From assembly GCF_009914755.1 (NCBI RefSeq), contig NC_060927.1: DNA of 64,000 nt. The stretch is one strand, 5' to 3'. The position numbers and the translations under genes are program-made. Under the pieces are notes generated by a model. The model was not told the origin of the DNA. It saw only the letters and a program-made list of their open reading frames with translations, and did not search any database. The DNA comes from the human T2T-CHM13v2.0 reference genome, Homo sapiens. Of the stretch, positions 41,901-55,979 are shown piece after piece. Position 1 is the stretch's first letter. The number at the start of each line of letters is the position of its first letter.

Positions 41901-42409
41901 TCACAGCTTTATAAAGGATAGCATGCCTCTCCCACCCAGCCTGCCTTCTGGGGTCTCAGCTCCTTCCCTTACCCAGCAATCCATCGCTGTAGGCCCCCAA
42001 ACATGGGAGACACGATATGCCAGTTGTAGGTCAATGGGTTTTCAGTGACAAGGACAAGGAGAAGGTTGCTTATGAATGCGTGTGGGTGGGAGGTGCACGG
42101 TCACAAGGGCGGACCACATGCAGCGGCGAGACTCAGTGCAGCCGGGACACTGGCACATGTGCCTGTTGCTCCGAACGAGGACAAGGGGCCCCACTGCGGG
42201 CCCCAGAGAATGCATCCAACCTTCTGTCTCCCCAGATATACCGGGCAGAGTCACCAAATCTTCGCGCACCACCTGTATTATTATTTACCTAATATACTTC
42301 TTAATTACACACTCATGTTCCCTCGCCCCCTTAAATTGATGTATTTATCAAAGACACTTTCTATGACTATTGTTTGTAGAAAATCTGTCACTTCCCATAA
42401 ACACAGAGT

Positions 42410-43350
42410 AACTGGTGGACATGGCCGTTTGTCTACCCAATATCCACTCTCTCTTTTCTTCTTAGTAACTGAAACCTGATTTTATTCAGACTGGCAATGT
42501 GCTTGGGCAGAGCACTCTACCTCCCAGCCTCCCTAGCAATCAGTGTGGCTATGGGACTAACTCCTGGTCATTGAGACACAGGATGGCATGGATAGATGGA
42601 ACTTCCAGAAAGGCTTCTTAAGTGGAAGATAGGTATCATTTTTTATGTCTGAAATATAAATGTAATGTGATGGCTGGAACTCTCACAGCCATCTTGGGCA
42701 AAGAGGTAAATGAAGCTAGGTGCTCTAAGGGTTGGGGAGCAGATAGAAGAAGTTGGTTTCTTGATAAAATAATGGAGCTGTTACTCCAAGTATTAAGTAT
42801 GTCTTTTTATTCTGATATTTTGGCATCTAGGGCCTTGCTGACTGGGGAAATTACCTGTTCTAGGGCTAGCCAATTACTAGAGATAGTAAAGGTCTTACAG
42901 GGAAGCACATCTTTCCTATGCAAATTAACTGGTCCAGAGCCCACACCTCCACTCCAGGCCAATATTTCTCTGCTTTCATCACCCCAGGGCCAGATGCCAG
43001 AAGCCCCTACACCCCAGAGCCCACAAAATCATTCAAACTGGCTAATTCTAAGCCTGCTCACCCCATCTCACCCATCCCCGATCAGCCCTGGTGCTTCCCC
43101 ACATGCCCCCATGGTATGCTGTGGCCCCTTCTCTTGGGAACTGAGAGGAACAAACTATCTTTTCAATGGCAGCCTCTCCTGATGTGTTGGCCTCACCATA
43201 CCTGAATCACAATACAACCTACATTTTCAAACACAGGCCTGGCCTATCTCCAGACTTCTTTTCAGAAGAGAAATAAACCTTTTTCTTGTGTAATTGACTG
43301 TTACAACTAGTCTTTATTTCTAGCAGTCAAACTTAATTCCTAACTGATGT
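42410..43350 (+). mobile_element. Old MaLR LTR (MLT1J/K-like) split by a MER39-like LTR at ~42790-43232
   Basis: MLT1-type text before 42790 and after 43235 (gagaaataaacc...tagcagtcaaac...cctaactgat). The insert has ggccttgctgac...agggctagccaattactagagatagtaaa...atgcaaat, homologous to 17995-18478. Confidence 0.62.
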
Positions 43351-43454
43351 AGAAATCATAAAATAAATACATATAAATAAGAAAAAAGTGATTGCCTGCA
43401 TGCTGTCTAAAACCACCATGGCTGCTACCCTTGATGACGCAGACCTAGGTCAGT

Positions 43455-43910
43455 AGCAGGAGGGGCCCTCGTCTTCCTAGGAAGACCTCCTCCATCCATG
43501 TTTCTTGCCATACATCCCTTCAGGTCCTCCCACCAGGTGAAGAATATCTGTCCCCACTGTCCCCACCCTGTAAATAAATGTTGGGCTTGGCCATGTGACA
43601 TGCTTTGGTCAATGGAAGGTGGACAGAGTGATGGTAAGAAAGTCTGAGTGCAGACTTTAAAAATCATCACCACCATCAACAGCTTCTGCTGTTGTCCTAG
43701 AAAAGAACATGACTCTCCTAGCCCACTGTCCCTGGAAGCTGACAGACATGTGGAGAGAGCCGAACCCAACTTGAGGCCTGGAGCCACACCCAGCCAAGCC
43801 CAGCCTAAAACAGCTGACCTACAGACACAGGAGAAAGCATGAGTTGTTGTTTTAGGCTGTTGAGTTTCGGGGGTATTTGTTATGCAGCATTATTGCAGTA
43901 ACTACTGGCT
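43455..43910 (+). mobile_element. MaLR LTR relic (MLT1H-like)
   Basis: ggccatgtgacatgctttggtcaatggaa...gttgttttaggctgttgagtttcgggggtatttgttatgcagcatt. Confidence 0.55.
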
Positions 43911-44599
43911 CAGTCGGGAAGGCAGCAATCTACATATATTTATTGATTTCTAATTTTTAAATTAGAAACTGCCCTAGGCATATCCCAGTGCCTGTATATA
44001 ATATATAATACACACAGACACACATGCACACAGACATACACACACATATATACAACCAGTGAGATGGCTTTTGGCTTCAAGAAATTGATGACTTAGCTCT
44101 GGAACTCTCCGCTTTCAAAGAACACTGAGATTAGCTAGATGCCCAGTTGCCAACTCCAGCAGGAATCGTAACTCCAAGTGAAGTGACTACACCAGAGAAA
44201 GAAACTCTTCATTGAACTCCCTAAAAGAAAAAGCACCCAAAGAACCTTGGGGACAATGAAGAAAGCTGTGACAGTGTCACGAAGCTGGGGGACCTGCCTC
44301 CGAGAGAGTGTTTCTTGACCCCAACCTGGGTAGATCCGAATCCAAGCTCAGGGTCCTCCTGACCCAGATGTGTTCAGCCACGTGTCATCGACACCTTGTA
44401 AACAGATTGCTGATACAGGAGTGCCGGGAAGAAACGCACACTTGCTTACACTGGTGGGGCACCTAGCACACCTGTAGGTACTTGGCTGATGTTATTCCAT
44501 CAAATCTGTACGGGAGCTGCCTGGGGGCTTCTGTTCCTGTTTTATAGAGGAGAAAACTGAGGATCTCTGGGCCCTGTGTGGCCAGCTGCACACGACCTC

Positions 44600-45030
44600 T
44601 GTCTCCTCTCCTACAGTGCTCTCCTCTCACCTCACCTCCTGTCTCCCGACTGTTCATGAGTCAGGCACCCTCCTGCCCCAGGACCTTTGCACTGGCCACC
44701 CCCTTTTCCCCTGGTCATCTGTGAGGCTCCTCCTTGCCTCCTTTGGGTCTTTGCTCAACTACCACTTTCTCAGTGGAGCCAGCAGCTTGAGCATGGCCCC
44801 CTGCCCCCACTGCCCCGCCCTCCTCCTCCAAGGTTTTATTTTGCTTTGTGGCACTTATCTCCAATGGACATACCCTAAAGTCATTTATTGCTGCTCATTG
44901 TCTGCCAAGGGCAGGGACTTGTGTCTGTTTTGTTCACAGCTGCATCTCCTGTGCCCAGCACCATGCCTGGAGTTGGTAACTGGGCATCAAGCTAATACAT
45001 TATAGACTGAACGAATGAATAAATACACGA
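44600..45030 (+). mobile_element. L2 3' fragment
   Basis: caggacctttgcactggc...gggcagggacttgtgtctgttttgttcacagctgcatctcc...gaacgaatgaat. Confidence 0.7.
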
Positions 45031-45461
45031 ATGAGGCTTGGAGATGTGAAGGAGCTTGCAAAAAGTCAATAGCTAGAAGTTTTTCAAGCTAGACAGAAGC
45101 CCAGGTCAGCTTGGCCCTCTTAGAGCAGCCCCTGAGCCTTGTATAATTAAATGGTGTGTTCCGTTGTTAGTGCTGACAAAGTGCCAGTCTCCTTTCCTAA
45201 CAATTCGGCTGTACCGAGCGAGGAGAATGGGGGAAGTCACCTGTAATTTTCTTTTCTGTCTTCCCCTTTAAAAGGGTCTTTAAAAATCAGATATGTGTTA
45301 TAAAAAACAATGGGATAATGGGTCGATTTTTCATATCATGACAAGCAATTGCTAGGGAGAAAAATATCATTCTTGAAAATGTGCAAAAGTGCACTGGCTG
45401 TAAGTTGTAAACATGACCCTCACAGGAAAGGATATTCTGGGGGCTCCTGGCACCTATTTCT

Positions 45462-45901
<440 letters not shown>

Positions 45902-48900
45902 TGACCCTGGCTAACATCTCCAACCTCTGCGGGACTGTCCTTACCCCTCCCTTGGTCCCCTACCACACCTGATGTGACCAAGGCTCTCAGCACCGTGCCT
46001 GGTACACAGTAGATGCTCACTGGAGGTGGGTGTGCCTCTCTTCTGAATCACGTGCTCAAGAGGGATGTCTGTGTTCACCTGCGGCCATTTAAAAATCTCA
46101 GCTGTGGGCATGTTCTCATGTCTCACTGCACCTTCCCCTGCTTAGAGGTCATTTTCCAAGGAAGGGAAGAGAGAATGTAATTCACAGAAGCAGTGCCACT
46201 TTACAGAGATGCTTTGAGCCCAGAGATCCCGATGACTTCAGAGACTCTTGGTTCTCGTGTGGACTGGGAGGAAGGAGTGGCCTGATGCAGAGCTCCTACC
46301 TGCTCAGATCAGCCCAGCTCCTTCTCCCTCACTCAACACAGGGTCCTTGGAATCGGTCCCTTTGGCCTTCAGATGATTCTCCTTTTTTGGTAAGAAAGCT
46401 TCCACTGAATAAAACCTTTAAGTGATTTTTCCAATCTGGTGGCGTCTGTACAATAACTGAGGAGAGAAATAATTATGATTATGGGGTCTGAATGATCCAG
46501 CACTTCTCCACGACTCTGAGGAGGAGGCAGCTGGCCCCTGCCTCTCACATTGACTGTCTTTGCGGGCAGGCCCTGCTTAGACGGCTTGGTTTTCTGCGTT
46601 GGAGAAAGGAAGCCAGTGGTGTAGCAGGGAGAGCGCTGGATGTGCACACAGCTTTCAAAGAAAAGCAAAGGAAAGATGACGGGAGGGAAGGGCAGAGCCA
46701 CACAGGGGTGGAAGCATCCATTTATGGGACATTGAGTTTGTGTGGGGTCCTATGAGCTAACGTTTCCATAGGAAGCCTCAGGCCTAACATACAGATGGGA
46801 AATCTGAGGCTCAGAGAGGTCAAGTGACTGTCCTGGACACACAGGTATAAAGAGTAGGCCAGGCCACTCTGCCTCCACCCAGCAGGTTCACATAACAGAA
46901 CTCTCTGGGCTAAGCTCCACTTGTCAACAGGGGACCAACCCCTCTGGGCTCACACCATGCCACACAGGGCACGTGGGTGCTGAGGAATGAAGGTGAAAGG
47001 ACCTTGTTCTCCCCCTGCAGTCAGCCCCGATGCTGGCTCTGTCCCTCATCCAGGCTCAGGCGCCACCTCTGGGAGTCAGAGCATCTTCTAGCAGAGCCTT
47101 GGCAGGAGGCGAGGTGAGGAGCTGGCACGGCACCCCTGACAGACTGCGCGTCGCAAGCTATTCCTGGAGCCGCTGCGGCACTTCTGTCAGATGATGCAGA
47201 AACCCCAGGGCCACTCGCCTGGGGGCTGTGCCCCACGCCAAGCTGCTCAGAGGCACAGCACTGATTGGGGGGCGCTGGTCCAATGGAACCTGCGGCTCTG
47301 CACCCCAAAGCATTTTCCCAAAAGTTAAAACTGTAGCAAGGTGCAAGTGTGTAAGAATTTCAGTCCGACTTTGCCCCCTAATGACTGTGAGCTTGAATAA
47401 ATCAGGCAGCATCTCTGAGCTTGTTTCCTCCATAGGGACGTTGCCTGCCTTACTCTGCTGCCGTAGGATTAAATGGGGTGATCCGTGGAAAAAATTATTA
47501 GCACAGAAGTCATGGATTTTTCCAGCTGGGCAAGCGTTATTTGATTTTCTTTAAACAGGGCTCATCCTCCAGGCCAAATTCATACCCACACATACAGGAT
47601 TCACAAGTGTGAACTTGAGCGTATCCAAAGAAACCATCATTTCTGTGAAATGCCTTGTAATTCTGCAAGCCTTCACTGAGCAGCTGCTATGAGCAAGGTG
47701 CCACACAGATGCGGAGAGCAGAGGCCCCAGTTGCTGTGTTCAGATAACGTACAATTCCCTGTGGCCATCCGGACCCTTCGCACTATCAAGGGGCCCACCG
47801 CCTGGGAGGGATTTCTGGGGTGCTGATGACCAGACTGCGTCACTTTCCAGGGCCCACTGGGCAAACTGGCTTCTCCCCTGCTGCTGTGTCTTGTTAGAGC
47901 CACCGTGTTGTGTTGGGGGTGCTGGCTTAGTTTAGGGTGGGGATGAGAAGCTTTGAGGGACCAGGGTGGAGGCCTCCCCAGGGCTCCTCCTTCTCCAGCA
48001 AGCAGTACTAACCTCCACAGCCAGGGTGGAAGCCACAGAACACTCAGAGACAGCAGTCAAAGAGGCCACTTCTGCACTGCCTGGACCAGAGACTGCAAAC
48101 TGCCCTTCAAGCTGCATTTCAAGTGCCTTCTGTGTGTGTGTCCACGTGTTCCCCTAAGCGACTGGGCTACACCAGTCCACCACAAAGGTACTGTTGGTTT
48201 CCTCTTTTGGCTGGTGAGGACACGGAGGCACAGAGAGGGCTGGCGCACAGCCGGCCGTGGGCAGAGCTGGACTGCCACGCAGGCTGCCTCCCTCCTGGCA
48301 CGTTCGGCTCCTCGCTTCATCGGCCGGGCCCTTGGGACCCCAGCTCTTCAGGGAGGGACTCCAGGCAGAGCTTCATTCTCAAATGCCCAGACAAGCACTA
48401 AATATGCGTAGTGCACCCAGCGCACTTGCCGGGGAGTTGTGACTGCATCTGAGGATCCCATGCAAGGTTTGGGTCCTCTGTTTGCTTTTTAATTTCTCCC
48501 TTTACCTCTAACAGGGGAGAAACCAAGACACCGAGAACACAGCTTAATAGATCTGTGATTTGGAATTCTGATCCTGGCTCTACCACTCCTGGCTTGTTGT
48601 CTCTCCTGTAAAATGAAAATGACGATGGCTTTACCTGCCTTGGAAAATGAAATGAAATGAAATAGAGAATATGAAGCCCTTCAGAAAGGGCAGCCTGACA
48701 GTGCAGTCGTGGTTTATTGCTTCCACGTTAGTGACACATGAAGCACCTTGTCTGCCGGCATGCGGTTCTCTTTTCATTTTGAGCAGGACCCCACTGGGCT
48801 CTGCTCCTGAGCTCTCCGCGTCCTCCCCGCCTGCCCTGACGGTTGGCAGCATTACAGCCGTTTATTTTTAGTTCTTGGTGGGCCAGCCATTTCCTGGTCA

Positions 48901-49885
48901 CATGCTGTTTGAGCTCCCACTTCAGAAAGGCTCAGCTCACAAGACAGACTCTGCCCATTCCCACCCCCAGCCTTTCTTAAGGGCTGTGTCAAAGCGAAGC
49001 CAGCCCTGACCCTACCTATTTTAAAGTTCCTTTGAGGAGCCCTTTCTTCTGGTCCACTTGCAGCCAGAGTGATTTTGAAGTTTAATTTACGAAATGGGTG
49101 GAGAGGTGCACAGAACCTGGTTCTGGGAGCTGGGGCCTGAGATCCGGGTCCAAAACTGCCACCAACTGGTGGGACCTCGAAGTCTGTCCCCTACCCTTGT
49201 ACAATGAGAAAGGGAGGGGCAGAGGCTTCCTTGCAGGTTCCTTGCAGCCCACTGCTCTGTCAGGGACCATCAAATGAGAGCAGTTCTGGTCATTACTGCA
49301 GCTTCAGTTATGAGTATGCACGTAGTAACAGGTGCACTTCCTGCATGCTGCTCTGGGCCAGGGCCTGTTCCAAGCAATTTATCAATGGTAAGTTTACAGA
49401 TTGGAGCTCTACACCTAGGTACCATTATTACCATCTCAACTTCACAGACAGGAGATGTGATGGGGACGCCTCAGGCCAGGTCTGTGTTTGTGCCCTGCAG
49501 CTGGGACTGGAACCCAGTGTCACTCCAGACTCTGCCTTCCCCCCATGGCAGCCTCCCCAGCTTTGCCCTTGATCTTCATGTGTGCTGGATCACAGTGTGT
49601 CACTCTGATTGGGGAAAGATGTGTGATCCACCCTCCTTGAATGTCTTTAGGGAAATACTCAGTATTTGGAGATAGAAAAACAACAACCACCATGCAAGGT
49701 CCTTATTACCTAGGCAGGGTGCAGCGATGTGGATTCATAGGATGTCAGGTGTGCGGTAAGTGTGCAGGCTGCCCCAGCAGCCAGGGGACAGGTGTGCCAG
49801 AAAGAAAGGCTCCGGAGGGTACATCATCTCCAAGATGGATTTGAAGATGCCAGTCTGAGGATGATAGCAACAACTGCCAAAGACC

Positions 49886-51863
49886 GAAACGGCTTCTTCT
49901 GGGGACCTAGAGTGATGTCTGTTTTCTTCTCACCCTCTGGCCCCGCGAAGCCAGGTTGGACGCAGAAAACACTGGGCTGTACCCAGTTGCTGTGGTAGCA
50001 CGGGCCCCTCAGGCTCAAGGCCAGCTCTGACTCAGTAGAATGGGGGACCCTCACAAGCATGCCACAGTGTGGCTTCTGCTTGCCAAGGGGCCTGCCACAG
50101 CAGCCACGGCCATCTGGATCTCGGACCCTGCCCAAGCAACCTGGGTGGGGACATCTCCCTGGAGCCCCACCTGGACCTGTGCTGAGGCCAATCCAGCCCC
50201 TGACCTGGCCTGGAGTGGACCTCTGTCTGTGCCCTAAGCTCGGCCACTGTGGTCCTTCCCTCTGTGCTGCCTCGCTGAGCTTCCTTCCTTCCCCTCCCGC
50301 CCCTTCTCCTCTTCCTACTGCCCTCCCGTCCTCAAACTCTCCCAGAGACTGAACCCCTGTGTGGGGGAGGGGGAGGTAAGGCTAAACTGCAGATGGGTCT
50401 TGTCCTCAAGGAGCAGCTAAGTTTACTGATGTCGCCGTAGTCATTACACCCACCTCAGTGTGCAGTCTCAGCTGCGTGCTGGGAAGACAGGAAAGGAAGA
50501 CCCAGGTTCCGACATGGGTGGAAGCAAGAGGCTCCACCTCCACCCTCCTCCCTCCCGGCTCTCAGGCGCTCCTCCAGCTTCTCGGAGCTTGCATGCCACT
50601 GTCTAAGCTGCAAATCCCCAATGCCCATCACATGGCCTCTCTGGGTGGCACCCCATGCCTGATGCTGAAGTTGCCTGAATACCACCCCCAGCTGTGTTCC
50701 CCTTTCCTCTCAGATGCAGGAACCCACCTCTGACATGATAAAGATGGGCCCTGGGAGGGGCACACACTCTCCTCTGTGAGCATCTGCTCCCACCACAGAC
50801 TCCTGGGGTTCTAGGAAGCCTAATGGCCTAAAGACAAAGGGCAACTCTGTCTCATTTGGGGAAGAAGTCGTGCCAGAGAGAACGAGGCTGCAGACCTGGA
50901 GTGGAAGGGGTCCCACTGGCCTCTCAGCACCTTGTGACTTTACTATGTCTCCCTGCCTGCAGAATGGGCGTACAGATATCAAGGCCATATACTTGTGGTG
51001 CAGAATAAAAGAGAAGAAGGACGGAAAGCCCCCAGGAGAGGCCCGGGCCACAGTTGTGCTCTGCTGTGGGTGAGAAGAGGTGCATGTTTGGGAAGCTCAC
51101 GTGCTCTCCTCATCTGTAATAATTACCACACCTACTCCAAGGCTGTAATGAGGTTCAAGGCAACGTCTGAAAAGCTTTGCATCGATAATCAGGCATATGA
51201 TAAATATTAATTAATGTTAAATATGAATATCATCTCTCTCTGAGAATTCTTATAAATACTCCATGCCGTAGGTAATATCACACCACTTTTCAAATTTGGA
51301 AGCCACACTAGTTAGCATGAAACTGTGACTGGAGTCAAATCAGGTTTTCCTAAGGCGGAAAAGTAGTCACCCCAACATAGCCAATATTTATGGAGTACTC
51401 TCTGTGGGTCAGGCCCCCCACATAGAGGAGCTCATTTGGTTCCTTTTTAATCCCCCTACTGACCCTATGGGGTAGAGACTTTGACTCATCCTTTACTGTA
51501 GATGAGAAAACTGAGATGCAGAGAGGTTAGTAACTTGCCCAGAGTCACATAGCAAATAAGTGGTTAAACTGACTCAAATTCAGGCCTTTCAGACAACAAG
51601 GACCACCTATTTGTTCTACACCCAAATATAACCTGCATATATGTTATAATTAGCTACATCTTTTCTCAGCTCCTGAACCACAGCAAATAGCATCCCTGGT
51701 GCCGAGAAGAATTTCATTTCCTAGAATTATTCAGTCTTTCTTTTTAACACAGGATCACGTGTAAGTAATTTGACTTTTTTTCTCCTCCAACAAGTGACTC
51801 ATTTAAACACTTCAGAAACGGCTTCTTCTGGGGACCTAGAGTGATGTCTGTTTTCTTCTCACC
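49886..51863. repeat. 49-bp perfect dispersed direct repeat (49886-49934 and 51815-51863)
   Basis: gaaacggcttcttctggggacctagagtgatgtctgttttcttctcacc occurs twice, identical. Confidence 0.96.
51385..51600 (-). mobile_element. MIR
   Basis: gatgagaaaactgagatgcagagaggttagtaacttgcccagagtcacatagc. Confidence 0.75.
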
Positions 51864-53353
51864 AGGAAACCTTAAATATTTTCATCTGAGAGACCGTATG
51901 AATAATTTTGAATGAATGACTACGCCTTTGGGGTAAATTCCTTCTGAAAGATAACCAGGTGGTAAATTATCAGGCCGCTGGGCACTAGAATGAGAAGAGA
52001 TGGTGCTGGGTCTCCAGGAGTGTCCATTTGGCTTCCAAAGCCCCCAACACAGATCTGCGATTCAGCATTCAGATGGCACACTTGCTGCGGCCCTCGGAAG
52101 AGCCACGTGTTCTTGTCACTTCAGTGAAGCTGAGTGAACAATGTGCCCAATTTCTGTGTGAATAGCTCAGGGTTCACATTGTACCTGCCACAGCAACCAC
52201 TTTGTAAATTTTTAAAAACAAGTTCAACAGTGGGTAAACGAACAGAAACACGTACCCCCAACATCACTGAAGGGAAGCCCAGAAGGCTGATGAAGAAGAG
52301 TGTTCCCGCAGGAACGGCCGCATGTGGCCGCATCGCTCCAGATTAGCTAACATGGGAAGCATGAACAACTTTCTATAGAAAAGATGGGGGCTGTCTATTT
52401 AATTTCAGGGAACTGAAAAAAAAAGTTTCTCTTCTCAGCCAGTGACTAATGTGTGGTGAGGAGAGCAGGGGTCTGTGTTTTGGGGAAGAGGACAGTATGG
52501 GGGCTTGTTGAGCACCTACTATGTGCCCAGCAGCCACTCTGCTAGCAGCTAAGACATTCATTTAATCTTCGCCAGGTAGATACTATGACTTAGAGTTACA
52601 GGTGGGGAAACTGAGGCTCACCAGTTTAAAGTGAGGTTTAGTAGCTTGTCCAACGTCACAAATGTCATGTCCTATGAAGATATTTCCCCATGATCACTCC
52701 CAAAGGTAGTCTGGGCCCTCCCTCCCTCTCCCATATGTCCCATGCACACTTCTGCCAGAACCCCGTAATAGCCCCCCACCAACTACTTTTGCTTTTGAAG
52801 CATGTCTGTCTCCATGGATTCCTGAGGCAGTAACCAGGTCTGTGTGATTTCCTCATTCCACACCCAGCACTGACCCAGCACACGGCAGGTTCTCATATAA
52901 TAGCTGTTGAATCTGTTTATTGCAAATATTGTATACATTTCTAATTTTAACTATGTAGACACGCACCTTATTGAAAGTAAATCCTACTCAGAAAATACTC
53001 GTAGTGCCCCTGGCTCTTTTCTCCTTACAATCTGCCAAACCCCTCTCTTGAGTGGGAGCCCCAATCCACTTCCTCAGTTGTGCACAGGGTCGCCTCCCAA
53101 CTGCGCCTTTCTGGCCTGTTTATCAGCCAAGCAGGGGCACTCTTATAAAGGGTGCTGTGTCCTCAAAAACAGCATCAAAGAACTCCGAAGACAGTGGCTT
53201 TGTTGGTTCATTATAGAGGATTCTGGAAGTCAGTTGTGCCATAATCAATGCAAAACCACATGACATAAATTTTTATGACAAAAGATATTTGTAATGAGCT
53301 CTTTTCTTTCAAATATGAAGCCTTAGTTTACCTCTTTAAAAAACACTAGTTAC

Positions 53354-53670
53354 GGCCGGGGACAGTGGCTCACATCTGTAATCCCAGCATTCTGGGAGGC
53401 TGAGGTGGGCGTATCACTTGAGGTCAGGAGTTCAAGACCAGCCTGGCCAACATGGCGAAACCACATCTCTACAAAAAATACAAAAATTAGCCGAGTGTGT
53501 TGGCATGCCCCTGTAATCCCAGCTACTCAGGAGGTTGAGGCAGGAGAATTGGTTGAACCTGGGAGGCAGAGATTGCAGGTAGGGCCGAGATTGCACCACT
53601 GCACTCCAGCCCGAGTGATGGAGTGAGACTCTATCAAAAAACAAACAAACAAACAAAAAAACCCCCAAAA
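53354..53670 (+). mobile_element. Alu (AluS-like)
   Basis: Full dimer, (AAAC)n tail, ACTAGTTA duplicated at the flanks. Confidence 0.92.
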
Positions 53671-54409
53671 AACTAGTTAGGAAATTATCCTTTAAGGCTT
53701 ACCTTCCTCATATTCTCCATCATCACCATCACTCTCACCAATATTACCATCACTATCACCATCACCATCTATGGGTGCCTGTCATGGAGCCTGGATTTAT
53801 CTAATCTCTCAATATTTGTACTATTGCACCCATCCTGTTAGATGAGGCAATGGAGGCTCAGTGAGGTTAGGAAATTTCCCAGGGTCACATAAGCAGTCAG
53901 TGGCAAGGGCAGGGTGACATTCTTGCCTGCCTGGTTCCAAAGATTGTAAATAATTAACCAATTGTTTATAATTGCAGTCATAAAATCCCATATTTCATGG
54001 CTCGTGGCAAGGATCAAATAATTCAAAAACACATTTGGGGCTGGACCTTAGCTTGTGAGATTCTCAAGGGCAGGAGCATTGTCTCATTCCTCTTTCTATC
54101 CCACAGTGAAAGCACATGGTAGGCACTCGATGAATCTTTTTTGAATGAGTGAATGAATGGATTATTTAAGAAATTAGAGACTATCAGAGCCCTGGGGCAC
54201 TCTGTTCCATAAGAGTGTAAAATGTTCTCAAAGAAATTTTGAAGCAAGTTTAACTCTAGAAACGGAACAGCAATTTGTAAACTTATAGTCTCAGAATGAT
54301 GCTTTTGACAATATCCAGTGTGGCCAGGTTTTAGCTATTAAGCAATAGAATTCAAACACTTTTCAGTACATGTCTTCAGCAGGTAACTGGAATGTGGTGA
54401 GGCCATCAG

Positions 54410-55020
54410 TAATAATAATGAACAGGTGAATACATGCTATATGCCAGAACCTTTGATAAACACTCCACCTAAATGACTGTTTAATCCTCATAACAACTTA
54501 TGAGGTAGAAATTTCAATACCTTCGTTTCATAGATTAGGAAACCAAAGCTCAGTAATGTTCCAGTAACTTGTCCAAGGATAACAGAGGATATTATGGACA
54601 AGTGTATGCCAATAAATTTGATGTCTTGGATGAAATCCACAAACTCCTTGAAAAACACTACTAAAGCTGACACAAAAAGAAAAAGAAAATTGGGATAGTC
54701 CTATTAATAGTTAAAGAAACTGAATTTATAATTAAAATCCTTCCCGTAAAGAACACTCCAGGCCTTGATAGCCTCACTGATCTACCAAACATTGAAGGAA
54801 AAAATAATAACGATCTTACACAAATTCTTTCAGAACTAACTAAGAAGGAGCACTTCCCAATTCATTTTATTAGCCAGAATATCCCTGGTACCAAAACTGG
54901 AGAAGGCCATAACAAAAAACAGACTGCAGACCAAAGCCCTGCAGCTAGTAAATGACTGAACCAGGATTTGAGCCCATATCTGATGCCAAAGCCCGTGTGT
55001 CTAACCATCACACCACACTG
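54410..55020 (-). mobile_element. MIR split by an internal L1 ORF2 fragment (+ strand, ~54580-54940)
   Basis: MIR ...gtaacttgtccaagg | cagctagtaaatgactgaaccaggatttgagccca resumes after L1 text tatgccaataaatttga...ccaggccttgatagcctcactg...ccaattcattttat. Confidence 0.75.
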
Positions 55021-55384
55021 CCACTTCCTGTGCCAGTTGCTTCTGTACAGCTGGTGTGTGGTTTAGGGATCAGAGCCCTCATTTTGGGGATGTGTAATGA
55101 CTACTGGAGTCATAGAAATAAAATGTTAAGAATCGAGGCCTGACCTACTTTACTCTGACATCCAAGATGACTAAGTAAGGGAGTATTTCCCAAGAGTTCC
55201 ACTCTGACTCTCCCTTCTCTCTTTGGCATTTCCTTCCCCCTCCCCTGGATAGAAATATCCTTTCCTCTCTTCTTCCTACTGAAGCTCCCTGTCCTGTCCA
55301 CCCCTCCAGCTCTCCAAGCCCCAGTGCTCACCTCTTTCAGGGAACCTAGCGCATCACTCATGTGTCTACCCCTGGGCAGTGATT

Positions 55385-55548
55385 CTAGACTATAGTGTCC
55401 ATCAGAGTTGCCTAAGGGCTTGCTAAACACTGACTGCTGGTCCCACCCTGGAGCCGGAGAGTGTGCACTTCCTGCAAATCCCTGGGTGGTGCTGCTGCTG
55501 CTCCTGCTGTTGCTGGTTTGACCAGAATCACACTTTGAGAACCACTAC
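55385..55548. mobile_element. MER5A-like relic
   Basis: gggcttgctaaacac...gctgctg...cacactttgagaaccact. Confidence 0.6.
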
Positions 55549-55592
55549 CATACTCACAGCCCTCATATCTAGAGATGGTTCCTTTCAGTTCA

Positions 55593-55979
<387 letters not shown>

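Noticed and set aside
54580-54940. Reverse-transcriptase gene
   Set aside because: Short frameshifted L1 ORF2 relic, not coding.
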